Counted from the first letter of the stretch, positions 9,071 through 18,978 are shown. The stretch: 41,070 nucleotides of DNA from Candidatus Vogelbacteria bacterium (GCA_016215335.1 JACRKE010000015.1:1-41070); one strand, 5' to 3'. The notes: generated by a model from the sequence alone, not told the origin. Numbers and translations: made by a program.

Positions 9071-9105
9071 GTGGAATAGAATGGAAGCAAGTGGTATGAA
9101 GTGGT
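9071..9105 (+). promoter_or_regulatory. MraZ operator: four direct repeats at exact 10-bp phasing upstream of mraZ
   Basis: GTGGA (9071), ATGGA (9081), GTGGT (9091) and GTGGT (9101), about 55 nt upstream of the mraZ ATG. Confidence 0.7.
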
Positions 9106-9157
9106 AAGGCCAAGCACGAGTCGCGTGCGCGGCACTGTTCGATAACTGAAGGCCTAT

Positions 9158-9592
9158 ATGCTCATCGGTGAATATCACCACACAATAGACGACAAGAAGC
9201 GAATGTCGCTTCCGTCAAAGTTCCGAAAGGAGATGGGTACGAAGGTTGTGGCTACGTGCGGTTTGGATAAGTGTTTATTCCTTTACACCGATGCGGAGTG
9301 GAGAGTGGTCGCCGAAAAACTTTCGGCCCTGTCCATGGGAGCGGCGGAACAGAGGAAATTTAGTCGCTTCATGCTCGCCGGTGCGCACGAACTGGAAATA
9401 GATGCGCTCGGCAGAATTTTGCTACCAGACTTTTTGAAAGAGTTCGCTGGCCTAAAGGAGTCTGTAGTGATTGCTGGAGTGTACACGCGAGTCGAGATTT
9501 GGGACAAAGATGCGTGGGATAAGAGTAAGTGTGAGGTTTCCGATAAAGTCGACAGTGTGGCGCAGAAATTAGGAGAGGAAGGGTTTATTTAA
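9158..9592 (+). CDS. mraZ: Division/cell-wall cluster transcriptional regulator MraZ
   Basis: 144 aa with duplicated SpoVT/AbrB-like halves and DDKKRMSLPSKFR / DALGRILLPDFL motifs. Confidence 0.93.
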   Translation: MLIGEYHHTIDDKKRMSLPSKFRKEMGTKVVATCGLDKCLFLYTDAEWRVVAEKLSALSMGAAEQRKFSRFMLAGAHELEIDALGRILLPDFLKEFAGLKESVVIAGVYTRVEIWDKDAWDKSKCEVSDKVDSVAQKLGEEGFI

Positions 9593-9601
9593 TATAGATT
9601 G

Positions 9602-9636
9602 TAGGGTATAGGGCGTAGGGCATAGGGCATAGGGAA
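9602..9636 (+). repeat. Five tandem heptamers TAGGGNN (G3N4 x5), potential G-quadruplex
   Basis: tagggta tagggcg tagggca tagggca tagggaa, in the mraZ-rsmH spacer. Confidence 0.9.
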
Positions 9637-9654
9637 GAAAAATACAGAAAGACC

Positions 9655-10542
9655 ATGACAACAGTCCATATCCCAGTTCTTTTAAAAGAGGTAATTGAAG
9701 GACTTCGCCTACGTAAAGGCGATATTGTCGTCGATGGTACGCTAAACGCCGGTGGCCACTCCAAAAAAATTTTAGAAGCAATCGAAAAAGAGGGGACGCT
9801 TGTAGGCATTGATGCAGATCCGGAGGCTATAAAGCGAGCAGAGGAAAGATTAGGGCATTTCCAAACTCGTGTTTATTACGTTAATGACAATTTTCGCAAT
9901 CTGGGAAGTATTCTGGATAGCCTGAAAATAGACAAGGTGAATGCGGTACTCCTTGATCTCGGCATGAGTTCAGATCAATTAGAGTCTGGGCGGGGGTTTT
10001 CTTTTCAGAAGGATGAACCGCTCATTATGACTTTTGGAGATTCGTCCAGATTTAGTGCAAAAGAGATAGTGAATAATTGGTCGGAAGAAAGTATTGCTGA
10101 TGTTATTTGGGGATACGGAGGTGAGAGATACGCAAGACGCATAGCTCATGAATTAGTAAGTGCACGCGAGAATAGAGAGGTGAAAACCTCGGGAGAATTA
10201 GTAGAGATAGTAAGGCGAGCATTACCCAAAAGAGCATTAAACAAGAAGATTCACTTTGCGACCAAAACATTCCAGGCGCTCCGTATTACAGCAAATGATG
10301 AGCTTGGAGCGCTTCGGGACGTTCTCCCGCAAATAGTACAAAGATTAATGGCGGGAGGAAGAGTCGCGGCCATAACATTTCATAGTTTGGAAGACAGAAT
10401 CGTCAAGCAATTTTTTAAGGAAGAGGTAAGGGCGGGAAGAATGATTTTAGTAAATAGAAAGCCGATTTATCCTAGCCCTGAAGAAGTAAAAGAAAACGCT
10501 AGATCGAGAAGTGCTAAATTGAGAATAGCAGAGAAAATTTGA
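9655..10542 (+). CDS. rsmH: 16S rRNA (cytosine1402-N4)-methyltransferase RsmH
   Basis: 295 aa with HIPVLLKEV, DGTLNAGGH and DLGMSS motifs. TGA stop. Confidence 0.93.
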   Translation: MTTVHIPVLLKEVIEGLRLRKGDIVVDGTLNAGGHSKKILEAIEKEGTLVGIDADPEAIKRAEERLGHFQTRVYYVNDNFRNLGSILDSLKIDKVNAVLLDLGMSSDQLESGRGFSFQKDEPLIMTFGDSSRFSAKEIVNNWSEESIADVIWGYGGERYARRIAHELVSARENREVKTSGELVEIVRRALPKRALNKKIHFATKTFQALRITANDELGALRDVLPQIVQRLMAGGRVAAITFHSLEDRIVKQFFKEEVRAGRMILVNRKPIYPSPEEVKENARSRSAKLRIAEKI

Positions 10543-10545
10543 GGT

Positions 10546-10896
10546 ATGAAATACGCAAAAACATTGAGACTAAAGCTGATTGAAATATCGCATGAAGATT
10601 GCAGGAGAGTGATACTTATTTCGGTTGCGTTTGCGGTTATTATGCTTGTCTCATATGGATATCTAGTCGCCGCTACGGTTTCGAATATGGTGGCGTATAA
10701 TGATGCGAAGAGCAATATATCAGAAATTAGTTCCGAACTAAGCGGACTTGAATTAAAATACACCTCACTCTCAAAGTCACTTACTGAAGAAAGAGCTCTT
10801 GAAAATGGTCTTGTAATAAATACAAACACTCATTTTATAGTCCTTGGTCCAGATGCGAAGTCATCCTTGGCAGATGCTTCTACTGTTGTAAGATAG
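10546..10896 (+). CDS. FtsL-like single-pass division protein
   Basis: 116 aa with one TM helix followed by a short coiled coil. It lies between rsmH and ftsI. Confidence 0.55.
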   Translation: MKYAKTLRLKLIEISHEDCRRVILISVAFAVIMLVSYGYLVAATVSNMVAYNDAKSNISEISSELSGLELKYTSLSKSLTEERALENGLVINTNTHFIVLGPDAKSSLADASTVVR

Positions 10897-10928
10897 TAGA
10901 GTGTTCAGTACGGGGTCTGTCGAATAGA

Positions 10929-12647
10929 ATGGCTTATAATTCACGGAACAGATTGAAGGGACTTTCGATTATCATAGTATTAGTTTCTTTGGCCTGTCTA
11001 ATTCAACTTTTTCTTCTGCAGGTTGTACGAGGTGAAAGCTTCAAGGATGAAGCGGATCGACAGTACATCTATTCTGCAAAGGACGATTTTTCCAGAGGCT
11101 CCATATTTTTCTCTGATAAGGATGGTAAAACTACAGCCGCAGCTACTTTGCGGCCATCGTTTACCTTGGCCATAAACCCTCAAAAAATCAAAGATCCAGA
11201 AAAGGTCTTCGGAGAACTTTCATTGATAATAGACCTGGACAAGACTAAATTTATAGATCAAGCCACCAAAAAAAATGATACATATGAGGTCATAGCGAAT
11301 GATATAGACAAAACAAAAGCAGATACTGTAAGCAAGGCAAAAATTACGGGCGTGTCAATTTATAAGCAAAAAAAACGTTTTTACCCGGGTGGTCAGGTTG
11401 CATCTCATGTTATTGGATTTGTTGGATGGGGCCTCACGGGTGGCAAACAAGTGTTCGGAGGTAGATACGGGCTTGAAAAATTTTATGAGGATATCTTAGC
11501 GCGAGATTCGAACCGTCTTTACGTGAACTTTTTTGCACAAGTTTTTGCAGGCCTGTCTTCATTAACGCAAAAAGAAAATTCAATTGAAGCCGACGTGGTT
11601 TTAACAATCGAGCCATCTGTACAGACAGAACTTGAAAACGAACTTCGCAAAGTGGAAGAAAAGTGGGAACCCGAAAGTACCGGAGGTATTGTAATGGACC
11701 CAAATACCGGAGAGATCATGGCTATGGCCGCTACTCCGAGTTTTGATCCTAATAGCTTTAATAAGGTAGACAACATTCTTAATTTCAATAATCCTCTAGT
11801 AGAAAACGTCTACGAGATGGGATCTATAATGAAGCCTCTCACTATGGCCGCAGCTCTTGATGCCAATACCATCACACCGGATACAACATATGTTGACAAC
11901 GGAAATGTAAAAGTAGGCATAGCCACTATATCGAATTACGACGGACGCGGGCGCGGTAAAGTAAACATGCAGGAAGTGCTTAATCAGTCACTAAACACTG
12001 GTATGGTTTTTGTGATGCAGACAATGGGTGTTCAAAAGTTTACAGAGTATATGAAAAACTATCGACTTGCAGAAAAAAGCGGAATTGATCTGCCGAATGA
12101 AGTCAACAATCTCGTTGCAAATCTTGATAGTCCAAGAGAAGTTGAACACGCGACCGCAGCTTTCGGACAGGGCATAGCGGTGACCCCAATAGCCACTATT
12201 CGCGCGCTTGCCGCCTTGGGTAATGGGGGATACTTGGTGAAGCCTCACGTAACTAAAGAGGTGAGATACTCTGAAGGGATAGTTGATGTAACCAAATTCG
12301 AAAAAGGCAAACGGATTCTTAAAGCTGAAACATCAAAGAAGATTACTGAGATGCTTGTAACCGTGGTAGATAAGGCGCTTGTTAATGGCAAGGCAAAAAT
12401 GGAAAACTATACCATTGCCGCTAAAACAGGTACGGCACAGATGTCCAATCCTTCTGGAGGATATTATGACGATAGGTACATGCATACATTTTTCGGATAT
12501 TTTCCTGCCTACAATCCACGCTTCATTATCGTTCTTTACAGTGTAAACCCGAAGGGCGCTCAATACGCCTCTGTCACAATGACTGAACCGTTTATGAATA
12601 TGGCCAAATTTTTGCTAAACTATTATCAAATTCCCAACGATAGGTGA
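10929..12647 (+). CDS. ftsI: Penicillin-binding protein 3 / FtsI (division transpeptidase)
   Basis: 572 aa with an N-terminal TM, SxxK (GSIMKP), SxN (SLNTG) and KTGTAQ. Confidence 0.88.
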   Translation: MAYNSRNRLKGLSIIIVLVSLACLIQLFLLQVVRGESFKDEADRQYIYSAKDDFSRGSIFFSDKDGKTTAAATLRPSFTLAINPQKIKDPEKVFGELSLIIDLDKTKFIDQATKKNDTYEVIANDIDKTKADTVSKAKITGVSIYKQKKRFYPGGQVASHVIGFVGWGLTGGKQVFGGRYGLEKFYEDILARDSNRLYVNFFAQVFAGLSSLTQKENSIEADVVLTIEPSVQTELENELRKVEEKWEPESTGGIVMDPNTGEIMAMAATPSFDPNSFNKVDNILNFNNPLVENVYEMGSIMKPLTMAAALDANTITPDTTYVDNGNVKVGIATISNYDGRGRGKVNMQEVLNQSLNTGMVFVMQTMGVQKFTEYMKNYRLAEKSGIDLPNEVNNLVANLDSPREVEHATAAFGQGIAVTPIATIRALAALGNGGYLVKPHVTKEVRYSEGIVDVTKFEKGKRILKAETSKKITEMLVTVVDKALVNGKAKMENYTIAAKTGTAQMSNPSGGYYDDRYMHTFFGYFPAYNPRFIIVLYSVNPKGAQYASVTMTEPFMNMAKFLLNYYQIPNDR

Positions 12648-12728
12648 TTCCGACAAACTCTCTATCGTGTCTTTGCGAGGTAATCTGAAGCAACCCAGGA
12701 ACATCTACAAATCGTAATTTACACAAAC

Positions 12729-14027
12729 ATGAAACTCCTTAAGAAAATTATCGCAGACTTACTAGAGTTCGAGGCGCGTCTCGTTCTAAAAAAATATCAC
12801 CCTAAAATTGTCGGTGTGACAGGAAACGTCGGCAAAACATCCACAAAAGAGGCGATAGCCTCGGTACTTAGAAACATAGGCACGGTGCGTGCCAGCGAAA
12901 AAAGTTACAACAGCGAGTTTGGTCTACCTCTTACAATTCTTGACTGCAAAACAGGTTGGAAAAACCCTTTTCGCTGGCTTGCGAACCTGCTTGAAGGTTT
13001 GAGTCTCATATTTTTTCCTCATCATTATCCCGAATGGCTTGTGCTTGAAATTGGTGCTGACAAACCCGGAGACATAAAGAAAGTTGCAAAGTGGTTACAG
13101 CTTAACGTTGCAGTAATTACGAGGATCGGTGAGATGCCCGTGCACGTAGAATTTTTCAAAGACGCTGAAGCGCTTGCAGCCGAGAAATCACAGATAATCT
13201 ATGCGCTCACTGTCGGTGGCGATTTAGTTTTGAACGGGGACGACTCGATTGTAAGCGATATGAAATCGATGACTCCCCTCAAGGCCACGAGCTATGGATT
13301 TAAGGATGGATCAGTCGTTAGGGCTTCAAACAATCATATGGTTTATGAGACAGTGAACGGCCTGAAAACTCCGATGGGAGTGACGTTCAAAGTGGATTAC
13401 GATGGCAAAAGCTTTCCGATTCACTTGAACAACTTTTTTGGCTCAAAAAATATTTACAGCGCACTCGCTGCGATTGCCGTAGGAGTTACCCAAAACATAA
13501 ACATTATCTCCATTATAGAGTCCATAGGTAAACTTAGGAATCCCCCAGGTCGCCTGCATCTACTCCCCGGAATTAAGAATACCATTATAGTTGACGACAC
13601 ATACAACGCATCACCAACTGCCACAAAGCTTGCGCTCGAGTCACTACATGAAGCCGAGGTGGATGGTAGAAAAATTGCTGCACTTGGAGACATGCTTGAA
13701 CTTGGTAAACTTACAGTGGAAGCACACGAGGAAATAGGCAGAGTAGCCGCTAAAAGTTGCGACATCCTTTTCGCGGTGGGTCCTCGTGCGAAACTAATCT
13801 ACGATGCGGCTCTTGGAGCTGGAATGTCTGAAGACAAAGTTAAGCATTTTGATGACTCGGTAACGGCCGGCAGGGGACTCGATAAGATTGTAGAGAAAGG
13901 GGACATAATACTTGTCAAAGGTTCCCAAAGAGTGAGAATGGAAAAGTGTGTCGAAGAGATCATGGCCGAACCGGAGAGGAAAAAAGATCTGCTTGTGAGA
14001 CAAGACCCTGAATGGATGGTTAGATGA
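12729..14027 (+). CDS. murF: UDP-MurNAc-tripeptide--D-Ala-D-Ala ligase MurF
   Basis: 432 aa with the P-loop GVTGNVGKTSTKE and DDTYNASP. TGA stop. Confidence 0.88.
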   Translation: MKLLKKIIADLLEFEARLVLKKYHPKIVGVTGNVGKTSTKEAIASVLRNIGTVRASEKSYNSEFGLPLTILDCKTGWKNPFRWLANLLEGLSLIFFPHHYPEWLVLEIGADKPGDIKKVAKWLQLNVAVITRIGEMPVHVEFFKDAEALAAEKSQIIYALTVGGDLVLNGDDSIVSDMKSMTPLKATSYGFKDGSVVRASNNHMVYETVNGLKTPMGVTFKVDYDGKSFPIHLNNFFGSKNIYSALAAIAVGVTQNINIISIIESIGKLRNPPGRLHLLPGIKNTIIVDDTYNASPTATKLALESLHEAEVDGRKIAALGDMLELGKLTVEAHEEIGRVAAKSCDILFAVGPRAKLIYDAALGAGMSEDKVKHFDDSVTAGRGLDKIVEKGDIILVKGSQRVRMEKCVEEIMAEPERKKDLLVRQDPEWMVR

Positions 14028-14070
14028 GGATGTTTGATTCATGGGGGTAAAAATGTTTTAATTCCTAAAC

Positions 14071-14142
14071 GGCCTTATCGTCTAATGGTTAGGACATCAC
14101 CCTCTCACGGTGGGAATCGGGGTTCGAATCCCCGTAAGGTCA
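14071..14142 (+). tRNA. tRNA-Glu (anticodon CUC), no encoded CCA
   Basis: A manual cloverleaf fold works. Acceptor stem GGCCTTA/TAAGGTC, D arm GTCT..GGAC, anticodon stem TCACC/GGTGG with loop cTCTCAc, 4-nt variable loop, T arm CGGGG-TTCGAAT-CCCCG. It closely resembles bacterial tRNA-Glu. Confidence 0.85.
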
Positions 14143-14156
14143 CAAAGCCGTCAAAC

Positions 14157-14184
14157 TTGCAAATATGCATGTTTTTGGTAATAT
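14157..14184 (+). promoter_or_regulatory. Sigma70-like promoter of rplU, leaderless geometry
   Basis: TTGCAA (14157-14162), 16 nt, TAATAT (14179-14184). The ATG at 14194 follows with no SD. Confidence 0.5.
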
Positions 14185-14193
14185 ATACGCACT

Positions 14194-14517
14194 ATGCAAT
14201 ATGCGGTAATAAAGACGGGGGGCAAGCAGTACGTGGTTAAACAGGGCGATTTGATATTGGTTGAGAAGCTTTCAGGATCAGAAGAGATGAAGGCTGGCGA
14301 CACTGTTGAATTCAGAGAGGTGCTTTTGTCATTCGATGGGGAAGAGGCCAAATTCGGAACCCCGAATGTTGACGGCTCAAAGGTGAAGGCTACATTTGTG
14401 AAAAACGGTCGCGGTAAGAAAATTGTCGGACTTAAATACAAAGCGAAATCGAGGTACACAAGACGCTTCGGTCACAGACAGCTAAATTCTAAGGTAAAAA
14501 TTGAATCTATAGCATAA
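14194..14517 (+). CDS. rplU: 50S ribosomal protein L21
   Basis: 107 aa starting MQYAVIKTGGKQYVVKQGD, followed by KFRRRKGYRRKLGHRQ-like RRFGHRQ. Confidence 0.95.
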   Translation: MQYAVIKTGGKQYVVKQGDLILVEKLSGSEEMKAGDTVEFREVLLSFDGEEAKFGTPNVDGSKVKATFVKNGRGKKIVGLKYKAKSRYTRRFGHRQLNSKVKIESIA

Positions 14518-14551
14518 ATCAAAAGCGCCTCGTATGGGGCGCTTTTGATTT
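14516..14551. terminator. Bidirectional hairpin terminator between convergent rplU and recR
   Basis: aaatcaaaagcgcc-tcgtatgg-ggcgcttttgattt. The 14-bp stem has A/T tracts on both sides and overlaps both stop codons. Confidence 0.8.
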
Positions 14552-15173
14552 ATGTTCTATTCTTTAGTGCGCTTGTTATTGTACTTGTATCTGAATACTC
14601 AAGCTCGGTGCCTGTGGACATTCCGCGTCCGAGCTTGGATATCTTTATATTCTTTTGGACGTACACATTTTTAAGCAGGTTTTCGAAATATTCTGTGGTG
14701 TGATCGCCTTCAGTGTTTGCAGGCATGGCTATTATAATTTCACTTATTTTTGATTCACCGTTCACCGGCTCCAATCTCTTGAGTAACTCTTTTTCTCGAA
14801 TACTTTGATCAGGTGAGTTTTCTGTGAGTGGAATAAGTCCACCAAGCACAAAGTATAGCCCATCGTAGGCATGTGATTTTTCTACAGAGTCTATGTCTGT
14901 ATCTTTTGCCACCACCATAAGCATCTCCTTGGTTCTATTGTTTGAACGACAAAGCTCACACAGCTCATCATAGTTCTCGATGGGTGGATAGTATCTAAAG
15001 CATTTTGAACATCGGTTTATCTCTTTCTTTAACCTCAATATATTTTGAGAAAGTGTTCCCAGGTATGCCGAATCCTGCTGGAGTAGGTGATATACAAAGC
15101 GTTTGGCCTGTCTCGGACCAATGCCCGGGAATTTACTAAAGTTTTCGGCAAGTCGGTCAATTATTGAAGTCAT
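14550..15173 (-). CDS. recR: Recombination protein RecR
   Basis: 207 aa with an HhH N-terminus (FPGIGPRQAKR), a C4 zinc finger (CSKC...CELC) and a Toprim domain. Confidence 0.93.
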   Translation of the reverse strand: MTSIIDRLAENFSKFPGIGPRQAKRFVYHLLQQDSAYLGTLSQNILRLKKEINRCSKCFRYYPPIENYDELCELCRSNNRTKEMLMVVAKDTDIDSVEKSHAYDGLYFVLGGLIPLTENSPDQSIREKELLKRLEPVNGESKISEIIIAMPANTEGDHTTEYFENLLKNVYVQKNIKISKLGRGMSTGTELEYSDTSTITSALKNRT

Positions 15174-15194
15174 ACCGTAAGACTAACGCAAAAT

Positions 15195-16574
15195 TTAAAA
15201 TGCGCCAAATTCAGATTCGGAGTGCGTGGTGTCAATATTTGTGAAGCTCACGTGCTTTTCATCGAAGAACAGCTCGCATTCGCCCACCGGGCCATTTCTG
15301 TGTTTGGCGATAATTATCTTTGCTACGTTCGGTCTGGCCACCGACTTATCATATTTATCTTCACGATGAATGAACATAACAACATCAGCGTCCTGTTCTA
15401 TAGACCCAGAGTCGCGAAGGTCAGATAGACGAGGTTCTCCTCCGCGCGCCTCAACTGCACGATTTAGTTGTGAAAGAGCAAGAACCGGCACGTCTAGATC
15501 ACGGGCAAGACCCTTAAGTGATCGTGACAGGTCTGTAACTTGATGCACCATTGAATCGTATTGGCGCGCCGTCACCATAAGTTGCAGATAGTCCACTACA
15601 ATCAAATCAAGTCCTTTTTCCGCCTTTAGGCGACGAGCCGCGCTTTTCATTCTTGTTATTGTATTTGATGACTCGTCGTCAATGTAGATTGGAGCCTTAT
15701 TCAAAACTCCCATTGCATTTTGAAGTCTATTGAACTCTTCGTCATTCGCAAGTCGTCCGGTACGCAACTTCCACGAGTCCACGTGTGCTTCTGTCGCAAG
15801 CATACGGTCAGTCAGTTGGGCCGCGCTCATTTCAAGTGAGAAGATCATAACCGAAGCATTGTGTCTGCACGCAGCCTGACGCGAAATATCGAGCGCGAGG
15901 GAAGTCTTTCCCATTGAAGGACGCGCGGCAAGAATGATCAGGTCTGATTTTTGCAGACCCGCAAGCTTCATGTCTATATCATTAAATCCCGTGGGAACAC
16001 CGCGCAGTTCCGCTTTGGAATTTTGAAGCTTGTCGAGTCTCTCCCATGCTTCTTCGAGCGTTTCCTTAATGGCAAAATACTTTTTCTTAGAACTAGCCGA
16101 GCTGCTCAGGTCAAAAATTTTCTTCTGTGATTGATCTATTAGGTCGTCTACGTCATCTCCCTCACCGTAACCCAGCTGTGAGATATGCTCAGCTGATTCA
16201 ATGAGCTTTCTAAGTAGACTCTTTTTCTGAACAATCTCTGCGTAGTACACTGCGTTAGAGGCAGAAGGTACTCCTTGTAATAATTCTGTAAGGTAGCTCA
16301 GGCCCCCAATTTGGCTAATTTGGTTGTTTTCTTTTAACTTAGCTGATACTGAAACAAGATCAATCGGATCTCCCTTACTGCCAAGCTCCGTCATTGCTTT
16401 GAAAATTATCTTGTGTTTCTCGGGATAAAAATCTTCGGAATTAGCAAATTCTAAAACGTCTTGAAGGATTGAAGGATTTAGCATTACAGAACCAAGCAAG
16501 GCGCGTTCAGCCTCAAGATTTTGAGGTGGCAATCTCACACCCGTTATAAACGGGGATTTGGTAGCTCGTTCCAT
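15195..16574 (-). CDS. dnaB: Replicative DNA helicase DnaB
   Basis: 459 aa with PPQNLEAERALLGS, Walker A ARPSMGKTS and RecA-like C-terminal motifs. There is no intein-sized insertion. Confidence 0.95.
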   Translation of the reverse strand: MERATKSPFITGVRLPPQNLEAERALLGSVMLNPSILQDVLEFANSEDFYPEKHKIIFKAMTELGSKGDPIDLVSVSAKLKENNQISQIGGLSYLTELLQGVPSASNAVYYAEIVQKKSLLRKLIESAEHISQLGYGEGDDVDDLIDQSQKKIFDLSSSASSKKKYFAIKETLEEAWERLDKLQNSKAELRGVPTGFNDIDMKLAGLQKSDLIILAARPSMGKTSLALDISRQAACRHNASVMIFSLEMSAAQLTDRMLATEAHVDSWKLRTGRLANDEEFNRLQNAMGVLNKAPIYIDDESSNTITRMKSAARRLKAEKGLDLIVVDYLQLMVTARQYDSMVHQVTDLSRSLKGLARDLDVPVLALSQLNRAVEARGGEPRLSDLRDSGSIEQDADVVMFIHREDKYDKSVARPNVAKIIIAKHRNGPVGECELFFDEKHVSFTNIDTTHSESEFGAF

Positions 16575-16669
16575 ATTGAGGACTATTGTACTTAAAACCT
16601 GCTCGCCAGTCAGTAGTCTGAAAAGGCTAAATAGGGGACAAGCCTGTGGAAAAGAAATTGGAGAGCAGT

Positions 16670-18067
16670 TTAGACCCTTTTGTCAACAATCTGACCTGCT
16701 TCTGTGTCACGCACTAGGTACCCGAGATCTTCAATTTTAGCCCTTAGTTCATCAGCTTTTGTCCAATCTTTAGAATTGCGTGCTACCTCTCTCTCGGTTA
16801 CAATTTTAGAGACATTTTCAGGGATTGGAGTTGTGGAATCCCTAAGCATAGTTTGGATGTTAAATCCAAGCAGGTTATCAAATGCAAGCACGGTCTTAAT
16901 CTTGTCCGCGGCATTCAAATCTTGATCTCTTAACATCTCCCACGTAGCTGCGAGTGCTTGAGGAGTATTCAGATCGTCATTAATTGTGCTCTGAAATTTT
17001 TGTAACCATGAATTACTCTGCTTCCCTTCGTCTTCCGTGTTTGTGGCACGCTTCAATTCAATAACTGTTGAATATAGTTTTCTTAATGCGCTCCTTGATG
17101 CCTCAAGGGATTCCCACGTAAAGTTAATTGTCGAGCGGTAGTGAGCCCCAAACATGAAGTATCTTAAATCAATCCCACTAAAACCCTTACTCTTGATATT
17201 CGCGAGAGTGTAAAAGTTGTTTAAGCTTTTCGACATCTTTCTTCCATCTACAAGCAGGTGCTCATTATGAAGCCACATGTCCACAAATTTTTTCCCGCTT
17301 CGTGCTTCTGACTGTGCTATCTCATTTTCATGATGAGGAAATAGTAGATCTACTCCTCCGGCGTGAACGTCCAAAGTGTCGCCAAGAATGTCTGCAGACA
17401 TGGCGGAACATTCTATGTGCCAACCCGGTCTGCCACGGCCAAGTTTGGTATCCCAGTAGACTTCTCCATCTTTTTCGCTCCAGGCCTTCCACAACGCAAA
17501 GTCAGATAGGTTTTCCTTGCTGTACTCATCTTGTACTACACGTGCTCCAACGATTAGATTCTGATTATCAAGCCTGCTTAACTTTCCGTACTCACTGAAT
17601 TTTGAAATCGAAAAATATGTTGATCCGTCCGCGGCCTTGTAGGCGTAGCCCTTCTCCAAAAGTATCAAAATGAAGTCGACTATCTTGTCTATATAATCAG
17701 TTGCGTGAGTGACGACACCGGGCTTTATAAAATTAAGCTCTGTGAGATCTGACCAAAAAGCATCCTCATATTTTTTCACAAGTTTGTAAAAATCTTTTCT
17801 GCTTCCATTTGAGCCTCGTATCGTCTTGTCATCAACATCAGTTATGTTCATTACGTGATTTACATCTAAATCGTTCATAATAAACGTCCGCTTGATGAGA
17901 TCGTAATTCACCATCGCGCGGAAATTCCCAATGTGCGCGTAGTCATACACCGTCGGCCCGCAAGTGTACATTTTGACCACCTGCCTGCCGTTTTCGTCCT
18001 TATCTAAAGAAAGAGGTTTGAAAACCTCTTTCTCCCGCGTCATTGTGTTGTAGAGCTTTAGATCCAT
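16670..18067 (-). CDS. cysS: Cysteinyl-tRNA synthetase
   Basis: 465 aa with the HIGN signature (YAHIGN) and KMSKS. Confidence 0.95.
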   Translation of the reverse strand: MDLKLYNTMTREKEVFKPLSLDKDENGRQVVKMYTCGPTVYDYAHIGNFRAMVNYDLIKRTFIMNDLDVNHVMNITDVDDKTIRGSNGSRKDFYKLVKKYEDAFWSDLTELNFIKPGVVTHATDYIDKIVDFILILLEKGYAYKAADGSTYFSISKFSEYGKLSRLDNQNLIVGARVVQDEYSKENLSDFALWKAWSEKDGEVYWDTKLGRGRPGWHIECSAMSADILGDTLDVHAGGVDLLFPHHENEIAQSEARSGKKFVDMWLHNEHLLVDGRKMSKSLNNFYTLANIKSKGFSGIDLRYFMFGAHYRSTINFTWESLEASRSALRKLYSTVIELKRATNTEDEGKQSNSWLQKFQSTINDDLNTPQALAATWEMLRDQDLNAADKIKTVLAFDNLLGFNIQTMLRDSTTPIPENVSKIVTEREVARNSKDWTKADELRAKIEDLGYLVRDTEAGQIVDKRV

Positions 18068-18978
18068 CTTTGCTCTTTAAAGTACCCAATCATTGCAATT
18101 AACGCAATAACCATGATTGTAATCACTATCCAGAACTGTTGTGGGTGATTATGTATAGGATTAGACGCAGTCGGCATGCTAAATAGTGCAACGATTAAAG
18201 CAAGAGGGAAGGTTATAAGTGCCATCATGCTTAGTGATTTCATTGTTGAGTTAATTTTTGATGAAAGCAGAGAGTCATTCGTATTTCTAAGATCATTTAG
18301 AATCTCCTTATAATCTTCCATGGCAGCACGAGTCTTGTGGTACGCATTTGTGATAGACAATACCTGGTTGCCGAATGATTCTTCCCAGAGAACTTTGCTA
18401 ATAGACTGGAAAGAAGAGAGCATATTCTCATGGTGGGAGAGAGAGCGCCTGAAATTGATCATTATTCGGTTGATCTTCGAAATTTCGCTTACCATTTTCT
18501 TCTCTTCATTTTCGAAAATTCCTGATTCCACTTTTCTTAAATGATCTCCTATGTGTTCTATCTGCGCCTCGAGTGAAAAGTACATCTCGCGCATAATTTT
18601 CAAAAAAACGTGTCCTGCGTGCAGGTCAGAATTACCGTTGTGTAAAGTTCCAGATGTCTCAAAAATTTTGATCACTCTATAGAGTGCGTCGATGGTGCGA
18701 TAATGGGTTGTGATAATCAGGTTTTTACCGATTATAAAATCTATCTCTTCATCCATGGCATTGTGTAACACCTCGCTTTTAGAAAGGGTAGGGAAGTGAA
18801 AAACCGCGTACATATAGTCGTTGTATAGGTCAGCTTTTTGACGTAGGGTTTGAGAAACTAAGTCCTCTAGTACAACTGAATGCAGGGCGTACTCTTTGCC
18901 TATCTTTGTAAGCTCATCTTTTGTGGGGGACTCAAGATCAAGCCAGGTTACATTTCCACTTTTGTATTTTGTAATCAT
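18058..18978 (-). CDS. CorA-family divalent cation transporter-like protein (longest ORF extends to 19113)
   Basis: CorA-like architecture with two C-terminal TM helices. The canonical GMN position reads SMP (18172-18180). The ATG at 18978 gives a typical N-terminus, MITKYKSGNVTWLDL. Confidence 0.75.
   Translation of the reverse strand: MITKYKSGNVTWLDLESPTKDELTKIGKEYALHSVVLEDLVSQTLRQKADLYNDYMYAVFHFPTLSKSEVLHNAMDEEIDFIIGKNLIITTHYRTIDALYRVIKIFETSGTLHNGNSDLHAGHVFLKIMREMYFSLEAQIEHIGDHLRKVESGIFENEEKKMVSEISKINRIMINFRRSLSHHENMLSSFQSISKVLWEESFGNQVLSITNAYHKTRAAMEDYKEILNDLRNTNDSLLSSKINSTMKSLSMMALITFPLALIVALFSMPTASNPIHNHPQQFWIVITIMVIALIAMIGYFKEQRWI

Noticed and set aside
15195-16574. Possible intein in DnaB, which is common in some lineages
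   Set aside because: The length (459 aa) and motif spacing are those of an uninterrupted DnaB.
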